Origin: Halomicronema hongdechloris C2206
Lineage (GTDB): Bacteria; Cyanobacteriota; Cyanobacteriia; Phormidesmidales; Phormidesmidaceae
DNA length: 32,000 bases
Direction of reading: 5' to 3'
NCBI RefSeq assembly: GCF_002075285.3
Contig: NZ_CP021983.2
Span: forward strand, 1,020,001-1,052,000
Positions 8,351 to 17,071 of the stretch are shown here, in pieces (positions within the stretch are counted from its first letter, which is position 1; the number at the start of each line of letters is the position of its first letter). Under the pieces are notes generated by a model. The model did not search any database and was not told the DNA's origin. It saw only the letters and a program-made list of their open reading frames with translations. Made by a program: the position numbers and the translations under genes.

Positions 8351-8444
8351 AACACGCTTCCACTCACCTACCGAGAGAGTCACTCGTTGCCCTGACACCG
8401 TTCTCCTTCAGGCAACAATTAACAGGTCAAGCAGCAGAACACCT

Positions 8445-8470
8445 GCGATGACAACATGCGATGACAACAT
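8445..8470. repeat. Perfect tandem duplication of a 13-mer, GCGATGACAACAT x2
   Basis: Read directly: 8445-8457 is identical to 8458-8470. Confidence 0.95.
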
Positions 8471-8564
8471 GAGTAGGTGGAGTGGACAATCTAGCTATCC
8501 ATCAGTACTTTCAGTGTAAAACAAGCACTTTAAAAATGTATTGGATGCTACAAAAACCTACATA

Positions 8565-9266
8565 TTACTTATAACTCAGGCGCCGTTGACGCTGCTGTGC
8601 CTGGTTAAAGGCTAATTCCCGTTCCGATAGCCAGTCAGAGTCCTGAGGCGGACGCATGTCCCACTGCAGCTCAGCTAGACCAAATAGACTCCCTGCAATC
8701 ACTATTCCCGTGATCAAAAACTGCTCAGCCGGCCACCAGTGGAGCAGTGGCAGGGCCAAAAGATGGAGCCCGGCAACTAACAAAAAACTGCGCGATCGCA
8801 TGCCAATCCCAGTCACAACATAGCCAGCCCCACTAAGGCCCAACCACAGCTGGCAAAGGTTCATTAAGATCACCGGCACACTGGCGAAAATCCCGTAGTC
8901 AGTCAAGCCGATGCCCAGCATCATCAGGGCAGCCCAACAATACACCACCCATCGCAGCCGTTCCACCCGCACCCAGTACCAGGCCAATCCTGCCATTAGG
9001 CCAGTTCCCACCACAGTCAGACTTGACCAAGCAATTGCCTGTTGACTCCAACTCAATCCAGGAAAACAATAGGGCGTTAGGAAAATAATTCCCGCCATCC
9101 ACCCCCACACCAAAAACACTTGATCGATGCGGGTGTACATCCAAGACAGCAACGTTCTCTGCCCTACGCCCCAGCGCACCCGTAGTAAGCCACAAAGGTC
9201 CTGGACATCTAGGTGAGCCTGCTTCGTTTGCAAGATAGGAGTGTCTGAGCCGAAGAAACGCTGCAT
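8565..9266 (-). CDS. Multi-pass integral membrane protein of unknown function
   Basis: 233-aa ORF with about 6 hydrophobic, Trp/Gly/Leu-rich segments (e.g. VFLVWGWMAGIIFL, LMAGLAWYWV, WAALMMLGIGL, FLLVAGLHLLALPLL). I recognise no family signature. Confidence 0.6.
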   Translation of the reverse strand: MQRFFGSDTPILQTKQAHLDVQDLCGLLRVRWGVGQRTLLSWMYTRIDQVFLVWGWMAGIIFLTPYCFPGLSWSQQAIAWSSLTVVGTGLMAGLAWYWVRVERLRWVVYCWAALMMLGIGLTDYGIFASVPVILMNLCQLWLGLSGAGYVVTGIGMRSRSFLLVAGLHLLALPLLHWWPAEQFLITGIVIAGSLFGLAELQWDMRPPQDSDWLSERELAFNQAQQRQRRLSYK

Positions 9267-9491
9267 AGTTCTAAATGATGGTGACTATGCAAATAGTATC
9301 AAAAGTTTACAATTCTTAACAGCAGTAGATTCACTGAATCCCTGACCCCCGACGCTGCCTGGGTAGCATCAATGTCAATCTGCTTGTGTCGCTGGCTAGT
9401 GGTCGCAGCATGGGGCGCCTAGAAGCAGAGGAGCAGTCATGTAAAGTGAACATGAGGACTAGGTAACCTGGCAGCGTCGTCTCTTCACGGT

Positions 9492-9529
9492 TATCTCCTC
9501 GCGTCTACGTATCTCCTCGCATCTAAACG
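9492..9529. repeat. Imperfect tandem repeat, TATCTCCTCGC(G/A)TCTA x2 with an 18-bp period
   Basis: tatctcctcgcgtcta at 9492-9507 and tatctcctcgcatcta at 9510-9525. It lies just downstream of the methyltransferase stop and about 230 nt upstream of the 8565..9266 gene. Confidence 0.9.
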
Positions 9530-9556
9530 TCGGGCCATGGTGACCCGCAGAAAAGC

Positions 9557-10186
9557 TCAAGAACGCCGGAAGATGGTAAGCATCACTGGTCCCAGTAAAT
9601 AATGGTGAGAAATGACCGGCAAATTTACCTGGCTGCCGAGTTGCTCTCTAGCCGTGGCATTGTAAAACCGCAGTCCTCCTGGCGACAGGGGTAGATACTG
9701 ACGGTTCTGCCCCGACCATCGTGATGGTGCATAGTCGGCCAGATAAAATCGACCCTGGGGTTTGAGAATCTGCCGGATGTTGTCTAGCACCCGGGCTGGG
9801 TCAGGATAGTGCAAGAAACTAATGGTGCAAAAGGCGGCATCAAACTCAGCCGGGGATAGCGGCATGGCATCACTCCTGCCCTGCACAAAGTCGAATCGAG
9901 TGGTGTCAGGGAGAGCTGAGCGAGCCTGCCTCAGCATCTCGGCAGAAACATCCAACCCCACTCCCGTTAGGGCTGGATAATGAGTCCCCAGGCGTCGCAG
10001 CAATCGCCCCGTACCGCAGCCAATATCAAGCACATGGGGAGTCGCCGGCAAGGTCACATAGCTCAGCAGTCGCTGATGCACCGCCTGGTAGAAAACCGAT
10101 GGGATCATCCAGTCATAACGGGGAGCCCATAAATCAAAAAAACGAGCCTTTTGCTGTTGCAATTCCAGGGGCATGAGGGGGCTCAC
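9557..10186 (-). CDS. Class I SAM-dependent methyltransferase
   Basis: 209-aa ORF. VLDIGCGTGRLL is motif I, followed by GLDVSAEML and FDAAFCTISFLHYPDP (motif II/post-II). Confidence 0.85.
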   Translation of the reverse strand: MSPLMPLELQQQKARFFDLWAPRYDWMIPSVFYQAVHQRLLSYVTLPATPHVLDIGCGTGRLLRRLGTHYPALTGVGLDVSAEMLRQARSALPDTTRFDFVQGRSDAMPLSPAEFDAAFCTISFLHYPDPARVLDNIRQILKPQGRFYLADYAPSRWSGQNRQYLPLSPGGLRFYNATAREQLGSQVNLPVISHHYLLGPVMLTIFRRS

Positions 10187-10195
10187 TCAAGACGC

Positions 10196-11194
10196 TCAGT
10201 CATGAAGACGACCATCTGGCATGGTCGTCCCCTTGAGGATAGCATCGGTGAGATTGGCACTACTCAGTTCGGCTCGGGTAAGAATGGCATCGGTGAGATC
10301 CGCCCCTGTCAGGTTAGTTCGCCCTAAATAGGCATCGGTCAGGTTCGCTTCTCGCAGATCAGCCCCACTTAAATTAACTCGGGTCAGCTCCACTCGACCC
10401 ATGCGAGCCTGGTATAAGTTAGCCTGCTGCAGATTCACCCGATTAAGCTTGGCATCAGCCAGATTAACCCCATACATGGACGCCTGCTGCAAATTGACGT
10501 GGTTCAGGCGAGCTCGGGCTAGGTTGGCGTGGGTTAGGGTAGCCTGGCTCAAATCGGCCCCGCTCAAATCCACATCGGCCATGTAAGTATGTACCAGTTG
10601 GCTACCGCTGAGGCGAGCTCCGCGTAGGTTAGCCTGCTTCAGGTTGGCTTCACTCAAGATGGCTTGAGTTAAATCAACATTAGTCAGGTCTGCCCCGGAC
10701 AAATTAGTCCCCCTCAGATCCGCTAATCGCAGCATCGCCCCCCGCAAGGTCGCGACATATTGGCGATCTTCTTGGCGGAAATTTGCTCCCCGTAGACAGG
10801 CGCCGGTCAAGTTAGCGCCACTGAGAATGGCATTGCGCAGATCGGCGTCCATCAGATTGGTGTCGAGCAGATTGGCTAAGGTAAGGTCAGCACTGCGTAG
10901 GTCAGCTCCCTGCAGACTGGCTCCATGGAGATCAGCATCGACTAAGGTGGAACCGGATAGGTCAGCCTGATTTAAATTCGCACCAGTTAACTGGCTCTGA
11001 CTCAGATTGGCTTGACGAAAATTCACACGAGTCAGATAAGCGAGCATGAAATTGGCACTTTCTAGGTCAGCCCCCATCAGGTTAATGCCAATTAAATCGG
11101 CTCCCCTCAAGTTGATACCAATTAAGCTGACTCCTTTGAAGGTTATTTCCCCAGCAGCATACCGCTGTAATAGTTCAGGCGCATCCATGGGCAA
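10196..11194 (-). CDS. Pentapeptide-repeat protein
   Basis: 332-aa ORF made almost entirely of A(D/N)LxX pentapeptides (ANLSQSQLTGANLNQADLSGSTLVDADLHGASLQGADLRSADL...). Confidence 0.93.
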   Translation of the reverse strand: MPMDAPELLQRYAAGEITFKGVSLIGINLRGADLIGINLMGADLESANFMLAYLTRVNFRQANLSQSQLTGANLNQADLSGSTLVDADLHGASLQGADLRSADLTLANLLDTNLMDADLRNAILSGANLTGACLRGANFRQEDRQYVATLRGAMLRLADLRGTNLSGADLTNVDLTQAILSEANLKQANLRGARLSGSQLVHTYMADVDLSGADLSQATLTHANLARARLNHVNLQQASMYGVNLADAKLNRVNLQQANLYQARMGRVELTRVNLSGADLREANLTDAYLGRTNLTGADLTDAILTRAELSSANLTDAILKGTTMPDGRLHD

Positions 11195-11205
11195 GAATAA
11201 GGGGC

Positions 11206-13134
11206 TTAAACAGGTGATAGCTGGGTCATGGGCGCAGCAGTAGATGCCGGAGGCGTAGCCATCTGAGTGGAGGTAAGGGTAGGAGATTCCTCAGAAGTAT
11301 AATAAGGTTTCATGGCCTGGAGGAGGGCACTGGCTACCTGAGCATTTTCGTCTTCGTTGTCTAAGCACCGAGAAATGATAGTAAGTTTGCTCTCTAAATC
11401 CGCCAAACTAGGGCAGTAATTGAACATGCCCTGGAGAAGATCATCAAGGGTCTTAGACTTTAGGACGAGCCAGTCTTGCTGGGTAAATCCAAAGGGACCG
11501 CGTAGGCTAGACAGTAGCAAAATCTTGGCCCGCAAAGGGTTGGTATATTTCATGATCTCAGCCCGCAAATCGACTAGACTGGCGAGGTTGTATTTGGGTT
11601 GGCCTGTCGGCTCGGCTGCCGTCTGCACAGACAGGGAGGAATGGGCCGTTGTTAGCTCAGGATTCTCAGCGGACAGACAGGTAGAGACAGTTGTCCAAGC
11701 AGCATCGGTATCGGTTCCTGGGTCAGCTACCATCTGCGTATTCTCTGGGGAGACTGCTGCTTCAGGAGCCAGTTGAGTTTGTTCAGTCGCAACCACTCTG
11801 GGCGTCGGCAATTGGGTAGTGTCTGTAGATTCCTGGTATAGCTGACGACAAGCCTGCAGTACCTGATTGCCAAGTTGAGTGTATTCGGTTTTGCGATTGA
11901 GGCGCTGAATGACTCGCTTTAAGTGATATTTCAGATCCTTGGGTGTCGATGCAATCCCATGCAAGTCAATGATGAGATCGCGCATGGCCAGAGGCTGCAG
12001 AAATTCGGGGTCGTTGACCCAAGTATTGTGGCAGATGCAATAGATGAGCTTCTTAATCCGCAGCGGATCAGACGACTGCTCGCAGCTGCTAGCGACAGCT
12101 TGATATCGGTCATAGGTCGATGATCGGGAAAAATGTCCTTCTAAGAGGGTATGTTCGGTGCGATGGGCATACCACGGTTGCACCTGCTCCAAAATAATGT
12201 CTGCCACGGAGGTGTAGAGACTCACTCGGTTGAGCCCCGCCACGATGTAGTCGAGGCTATGCTTAAATTGCTGAGCAGTCGGATAGCGCTGTAGTAGGGT
12301 TCGCAATAGCTCCTTCAGCTCAAATTGCTCTAAGACAGTTGAATCATTTTCCCAGGCGTGTTGACAGGTCCCGAAGATTAATTTCTTGATGCGCAACTGC
12401 TGCGGATGCTGACTCAGTGTCTGGACGATACTCTCCAACAAGAGACCTGGCTGTGGCGGGCCCAATTGGGTCATGTCATCGCGGCCGACTCCAGCAACCT
12501 CGGCGGCAGAGGACTCTTGACGAGGGGCCCTAATCTTATAGGTGGGGACTGGATCTTGAATATTCTTTAGGGTCAAGGGCCCGACATAGGTTGCTTCTAG
12601 CTGCAGGCTAGCCTTGACCACGTCGTAGACTGTCTGGGATAGGCAAATGCCGCCTGGATCGGCATAGGTCTGGAGACGGGCGGCAATATTAACACCATTG
12701 CCCATGACGTCAGCATGGTTGAAGAAAATGTCGCCAAGATGGATGCCGATACGATGTTCTAGATAGTGTTCTGGGGCTAGTCCCTCGGCTAGATCTGCAA
12801 ATGCCGCTTGGATGGTAACGGCGCAGGCGACTGCCTGCACTGCACTAGCAAAGTAGAGCAGTAGGCCATCTCCCGTCGTCTTCAAGACCTGACCTTCATG
12901 GGTGTCACAGAGATCGGCGATCCGCTGCAGATCCCGATTGACCAAGGTCAGGGTAGCTGCTTCATTGGCCGACATGCGGGCACTAAATCCCACCACATCG
13001 GTGACGACAATGGCAGCTAGGGTGCGTTGACTATGGTCTGAAGAAGGCATACCGATATCCATGGGCAACCCCGAGGTAGTCGTCAGGTGATACGATCCGC
13101 TGGTCGATCTCAAGGTGCCCATATCACCGCCCAC
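11206..13134 (-). CDS. Class III adenylate cyclase (CHD) fused to three copies of an unrecognised helical module
   Basis: 642-aa ORF. The CHD spans about residues 38-200: metal Asp46 (VVTDVVGFS) and Asp89 (KTTGDG), the Lys85/Asp142 substrate pair, and Asn149/Arg153 (GNGVNIAARL). Repeats lie at about 245-303, 356-414 and 532-593. The start is GTG at 13134 or ATG at 13122. Confidence 0.85.
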   Translation of the reverse strand: MGGDMGTLRSTSGSYHLTTTSGLPMDIGMPSSDHSQRTLAAIVVTDVVGFSARMSANEAATLTLVNRDLQRIADLCDTHEGQVLKTTGDGLLLYFASAVQAVACAVTIQAAFADLAEGLAPEHYLEHRIGIHLGDIFFNHADVMGNGVNIAARLQTYADPGGICLSQTVYDVVKASLQLEATYVGPLTLKNIQDPVPTYKIRAPRQESSAAEVAGVGRDDMTQLGPPQPGLLLESIVQTLSQHPQQLRIKKLIFGTCQHAWENDSTVLEQFELKELLRTLLQRYPTAQQFKHSLDYIVAGLNRVSLYTSVADIILEQVQPWYAHRTEHTLLEGHFSRSSTYDRYQAVASSCEQSSDPLRIKKLIYCICHNTWVNDPEFLQPLAMRDLIIDLHGIASTPKDLKYHLKRVIQRLNRKTEYTQLGNQVLQACRQLYQESTDTTQLPTPRVVATEQTQLAPEAAVSPENTQMVADPGTDTDAAWTTVSTCLSAENPELTTAHSSLSVQTAAEPTGQPKYNLASLVDLRAEIMKYTNPLRAKILLLSSLRGPFGFTQQDWLVLKSKTLDDLLQGMFNYCPSLADLESKLTIISRCLDNEDENAQVASALLQAMKPYYTSEESPTLTSTQMATPPASTAAPMTQLSPV

Positions 13135-13170
13135 GATCGCTATTTCCTGCAGCCCACTACCGTTTCTTTA

Positions 13171-15201
13171 TCAGTCCTTCATGTCTGCGATCGCACCTCG
13201 AGCCATCGCCGCAATCGCTTGGTCAGTTGCCTTAGGTAACTGGTAATACCGTCCTCCAGCCGTGTTGGCTAGTTCCTTGCCAAATCCTGTGGAGACAAAC
13301 TTACGTTCGGTATCAATCACCAGCAATTGATACCCAATGGCCCGAATCCGGACAGCGATATCTAACAGTTCTTGTTTAATATCTGGCTTCTCCTCGGGAT
13401 CTAGAGCCTCACCCAAGGAACGAGCCAGGGGAATATTACCGCGACCATCGGTAATCGCCACGATAATGACCTTGCCAATATCCCCCGACTGTTGAGCGTT
13501 AGAGCCCACCCGCACTGCTTGGCTGAGACCATGGGCTAGGGGAGAGCCGCCGCCACAGGGTAATCGCTCCAACCGTCGCCGGGCCATGGCGATGGAGCGA
13601 GTCGGGGGCAACAACACCTCTGCCTGTTCCCCTCGAAAGGGAATCAGAGCCACCTGATCGCGATTTTGATAGGCTTCCGTCAACAGTTGCAGCACTGCTC
13701 CCTTAGCCGACTGCATGCGATTCAGTGCCATCGAACCCGAGGCATCCACCACAAAGATCACCAGAGATCCTGCCTTGCGGGCCAGCCGTTTAGCACGAAT
13801 ATCACTGGATTCAATGATGACTCGACGATGGGGCTGTCGCTCTCGCCGTGACTTTTGGTACGGGGCTGCTGCTCGCAGGGTGGCATCTACGGCAATTCGC
13901 CGTGCCTCCCCCTGGGGGATAACCGGCTTGATGTAACGACCCCGCTCCTGAGAAATCACCAGATTCTGACTCCCCGATTTGCCCTGACGTTCCATCGCCT
14001 GGGCAAACAACAGCACGGTAGGATCCAATACGACCCCCTCGGCGTCGAAGACAAATTCCTCTGGGATAGATGGGGGACTTTCCTCCGGATCGTCGGAGTC
14101 TTCTTGGTCTTCTTGGGGCTCCTCCGGCTCCTCCTGGTCATCATTCTCTGACTGGTCCTGGTTGTCTGGCGGCGGTGGTGGCGGTGGTTCCTCTGGTGGA
14201 GAATCCATAGGGATGGAGCGGGGCACAATGACCAGCTCGACTGCTACGCGCAAATCTTCGGCTATGACTTCAGAGCGCCCTTCCAGCGCAGCATGGGCCT
14301 TGGCCACTCGGACCGCAAACAATTCAGCCCGATGGCCTTGCACTCGTCCCCGCAAGGCCTCGGTGACCAGATAGGCAATCTGGTCGTGGCTGATACGGAC
14401 CTCCTTCAGCCATTCTCGCGCCAGAATAATCTGAGTTTTTAGGTTCTCAATGTCATCTGCATAGTCTGCCAGAAAGGCCTGGGGATCTGTGGCAAATCGA
14501 TTGACCTGGTCAACTGCCGCCACTCGCTCCTCTAGGGACAGGGCCGCATCGGCAGACAAGGCAATGGCGATCCGATCGAGAAGATGATCTCGCAGGGGGC
14601 CCTCCTCCGGGTTGTAGGTCGCGACCAACAGAGGTTGGCAGGGATGCTGAAAGCTAATGCCTTCCCGCTCAATCTGATTGCGCTCCTCTGTTAAGGTGGC
14701 CAACAGCAGATTGGCAATCTGATCGTCTAGCAGATTGATGTCATCGACATAGAGCACTCCCCGATTGGCCGCCGCCAACAAGCCCGGCTGAAAAATCGTG
14801 TCCCCTACTTGAATTGAGCGGGCCACATCTACAGATCCCAGTAATCGGTCCTCTGTGACGCCGAGGGGAATCTGAATAAACGGGGCCGGGATCACCTTGG
14901 TAGGCAACTCTGAGGGATCCCGAGGGGTATCTCCCAGCCGCTGTCGGGTGTCATCATCCCAACAACGGGGATCGGACGGATCGGCATTACAGCAGGATCC
15001 TTCAATGACCTCAATGGGCGGCAGCAGTTGATGTAATGCCCGGGCCATCACAGATTTAGCCGTGCCCCGGCGACCGGCGATAACGACCCCGCCCAAGCCC
15101 GGATCAACGGCCGCCAATAGCAGCGCCATCTTAATGGCCTCTTGCTCAATGACGGCTGCTAAAGGAAAAACAATAGGCAGTTCGGGGGCAGCTACGACCA
15201 T
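13171..15201 (-). CDS. chlD: Magnesium chelatase subunit D
   Basis: The AAA+ N-terminal half shows [39 protein letters not shown]. An acidic/Pro-rich linker follows ([37 protein letters not shown]). The C-terminal vWA domain shows a MIDAS motif (VVDASGSM). I prefer the ATG at 15201 ([14 protein letters not shown]...). The ORF-track start at 15270 lies inside a heptamer repeat and adds non-conserved residues. Confidence 0.93.
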   Translation of the reverse strand: MVVAAPELPIVFPLAAVIEQEAIKMALLLAAVDPGLGGVVIAGRRGTAKSVMARALHQLLPPIEVIEGSCCNADPSDPRCWDDDTRQRLGDTPRDPSELPTKVIPAPFIQIPLGVTEDRLLGSVDVARSIQVGDTIFQPGLLAAANRGVLYVDDINLLDDQIANLLLATLTEERNQIEREGISFQHPCQPLLVATYNPEEGPLRDHLLDRIAIALSADAALSLEERVAAVDQVNRFATDPQAFLADYADDIENLKTQIILAREWLKEVRISHDQIAYLVTEALRGRVQGHRAELFAVRVAKAHAALEGRSEVIAEDLRVAVELVIVPRSIPMDSPPEEPPPPPPPDNQDQSENDDQEEPEEPQEDQEDSDDPEESPPSIPEEFVFDAEGVVLDPTVLLFAQAMERQGKSGSQNLVISQERGRYIKPVIPQGEARRIAVDATLRAAAPYQKSRRERQPHRRVIIESSDIRAKRLARKAGSLVIFVVDASGSMALNRMQSAKGAVLQLLTEAYQNRDQVALIPFRGEQAEVLLPPTRSIAMARRRLERLPCGGGSPLAHGLSQAVRVGSNAQQSGDIGKVIIVAITDGRGNIPLARSLGEALDPEEKPDIKQELLDIAVRIRAIGYQLLVIDTERKFVSTGFGKELANTAGGRYYQLPKATDQAIAAMARGAIADMKD

Positions 15202-15257
15202 GATAATTCCAACGTTTCCAGCATCTTCTAGTGGATGATCTAGTACCGCTACGCGGA

Positions 15258-15281
15258 ATTCAAAATTCAAAATTCAAAATC
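15258..15281. repeat. Tandem heptamer, AATTCAA x3 (+AAT)
   Basis: Read directly: aattcaa aattcaa aattcaa aat, in the region upstream of chlD. Confidence 0.95.
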
Positions 15282-15396
15282 CGAGCAGATAGGCTTTTCA
15301 AGCATTCTGAATGGTGAGCATATTTCTGCCGTAGTGTACTAGGTAATCCGATTCTCCAAGGGATTGCACAGGGGATACGCCCGCTTGAATAGGGGG

Positions 15397-15753
15397 TTAG
15401 AAGGGGCGTCGACTACTGTTGCCGGGCAGCATGGGATTCTCCACAGCCTGACGATAGATTTCGACGTCCTCACTGTAATCGACGGGCATGACAGCGACTA
15501 CGTTTTCGTGGGGACGGGGAATGATGACCCAGGTCTCTAATACGCCACCGGGAGTGTTTTCGGCCGCAAGCACCCCTGCCTCCATGGCCGCTTTGACCTC
15601 GGATATATCGCCCCGAATATTTACCACAAAGCGGGCACTACCTGCACGAATATAGCCAACTAAGGTGACTCGGCCTGCTTTTACCATGGCATCAGCAGCG
15701 GCGAGTACAGGCGGAAAGCCTTTTGTCTCAAGGGACCCAACGGCCTCTGGCAT
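15397..15753 (-). CDS. ccmK4: Carboxysome shell BMC-H protein CcmK4
   Basis: GSLETKGFPPVLAAADAMVKAGRVTLVGYIRAGSARFVVNIRGDISEVKAAMEAG...WVIIPRPHENVVAVMP closely matches my memory of Synechocystis CcmK4 (YIRAGSARF..NIRGD hallmark). GAGGAG lies 8 nt upstream of the ATG. Confidence 0.85.
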   Translation of the reverse strand: MPEAVGSLETKGFPPVLAAADAMVKAGRVTLVGYIRAGSARFVVNIRGDISEVKAAMEAGVLAAENTPGGVLETWVIIPRPHENVVAVMPVDYSEDVEIYRQAVENPMLPGNSSRRPF

Positions 15754-15813
15754 CTACGATTCTCCTCAAACTCCTGTGAATTCATTCTTAATTGTACGAT
15801 GACCCTCTCCTGA

Positions 15814-16128
15814 TCACAGGACCCGATAGGGCTCAGACTCAGGCGTAAATTCGATGGGAAGGACGGCTTCCACGTTTTCCTGGGGATTGGGAATGGTAAT
15901 GTAGGTCGTCACCTCGGCTGTGCCAGGGCAAGCATTGGCAGCCCGCTCACCAGCTGTCATCGCCCGAGTGACTTCGGCTACCAAGCCACGAACCGCCACA
16001 AACTGCCGACCACTTTCAGAACGGTCATACTTGACTAAGGTGACATTGCCTGCCTTTAACATGGCATCGGCCGCTGCTAACACGGCTGGAAATGTTTGGG
16101 TTTCAATGACCCCAACGGCAATTGTCAT
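15814..16128 (-). CDS. ccmK3: Carboxysome shell BMC-H protein CcmK3
   Basis: MTIAVGVIETQTFPAVLAAADAMLKAGNVTLVKYDRSESGRQFVAVRGLVAEV...ITIPNPQENVEAVLPIEF fits the CcmK3 pattern (LV.YD....G.F.VA.RG). It lies upstream of ccmK4, as in other cyanobacteria. The ATG at 16128 is preceded by AGGAG. The ORF-track start at 16170 adds 14 residues. Confidence 0.8.
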   Translation of the reverse strand: MTIAVGVIETQTFPAVLAAADAMLKAGNVTLVKYDRSESGRQFVAVRGLVAEVTRAMTAGERAANACPGTAEVTTYITIPNPQENVEAVLPIEFTPESEPYRVL

Positions 16129-16215
16129 GGGAGAACTCCTGGGACGGGTGAGTGAAATGCGATCGCGCATTTGCCATGCTGGAAGACCGCGAATGCCAAT
16201 CGACTGATGGCAAAA

Positions 16216-16803
16216 TTATACTTTGATGCCGCTGGGCTCAGCCGGTGCGGCAATGATCCGTTCACACCCAGAGGCTGGGCGGGCCCAATCACAGTGACAT
16301 TCTTGGGGATTACCCCAGCACAGGCTGAGATAGAGTTCGGTGCGAGTGGCATCGATCTCTGCCCATTCGGTTTGGCTAATCAGGTGCTCCACGTCGTCAC
16401 GGCTGATCGCGGTTGGTGGCCGACCGGCTCGCCACAATTTTAGCCCCGCAATCGAGTCGCGCCAAAAGTTCAGCACGTTCTGTTTGGCTTCTATTAAGAC
16501 GACTTTGTCTGAGGCAATGGCTGCCAACTGCGGATGAAGTTCAGGCAATTGGATGGAGCGCCCTTGGAATCGACAGGTGTACCACACCAGCCCTGAGACC
16601 TGATGTTCTTGTTGATACTCATGAATCTGGGCTCGAAAGTCCTGAATGGCGTAGACCTTACTCAGCTTTTGGGTGCCCAGGGCCTTAGCTACCACTGGAT
16701 GATCGAGGCGATGAGGCGACGATAGTAACAGGCGCTCTCCTTTCCAGGTAGCCCGAATTTCTCGATCAAGGATATCGAGGAGTTGTTCCGTGGTGTAACT
16801 CAT
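16216..16803 (-). CDS. Hypothetical protein, co-oriented and immediately upstream of ccmK3-ccmK4
   Basis: 195-aa ORF with protein-like composition and no internal low complexity. The C-terminus is Cys/Trp-rich (LCWGNPQECHCDW...GCER). I do not recognise the family. Confidence 0.6.
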   Translation of the reverse strand: MSYTTEQLLDILDREIRATWKGERLLLSSPHRLDHPVVAKALGTQKLSKVYAIQDFRAQIHEYQQEHQVSGLVWYTCRFQGRSIQLPELHPQLAAIASDKVVLIEAKQNVLNFWRDSIAGLKLWRAGRPPTAISRDDVEHLISQTEWAEIDATRTELYLSLCWGNPQECHCDWARPASGCERIIAAPAEPSGIKV

Positions 16804-16898
16804 CCAGCCAGCGGAGATAGGTTGTCAGGGAGACAGGTCATCCCATAGTCGTAACCTGAATACGATTTATTCTACCAAGCCATTCAAATGGCAATGAA

Positions 16899-16918
16899 GC
16901 TCGTATAGGCTCGTATAG
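16899..16918. repeat. Perfect tandem 10-mer, GCTCGTATAG x2
   Basis: Read directly in the divergent intergenic region between 16803 and 17072. Confidence 0.95.
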
Positions 16919-17071
16919 GTTAGCGTAAGGATGAATGTCCGCTGTGGTAGCAACATGATGGCTACCGTGTCTAGATGCGAAAAGCCCATAAACGGCAGAC
17001 AAGAGGCCACTCGGGGGTTGCGATCGCACCTTCTGACTGCAGCAGGCGGGTAATGGAGCTGGTTTCAGGTT

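Noticed and set aside
8408-8470. 20-codon hydrophobic mini-ORF on the minus strand (MLSSHVVIAGVLLLDLLIVA)
   Set aside because: No Shine-Dalgarno sequence is present. The first half is generated by the 13-mer tandem duplication. It has no resemblance to known small photosystem or cytochrome subunits.
15202-15270. N-terminal extension of chlD proposed by the ORF track ([23 protein letters not shown])
   Set aside because: It starts at a TTG inside the AATTCAA heptamer repeat. ChlD homology begins right after the ATG at 15201.
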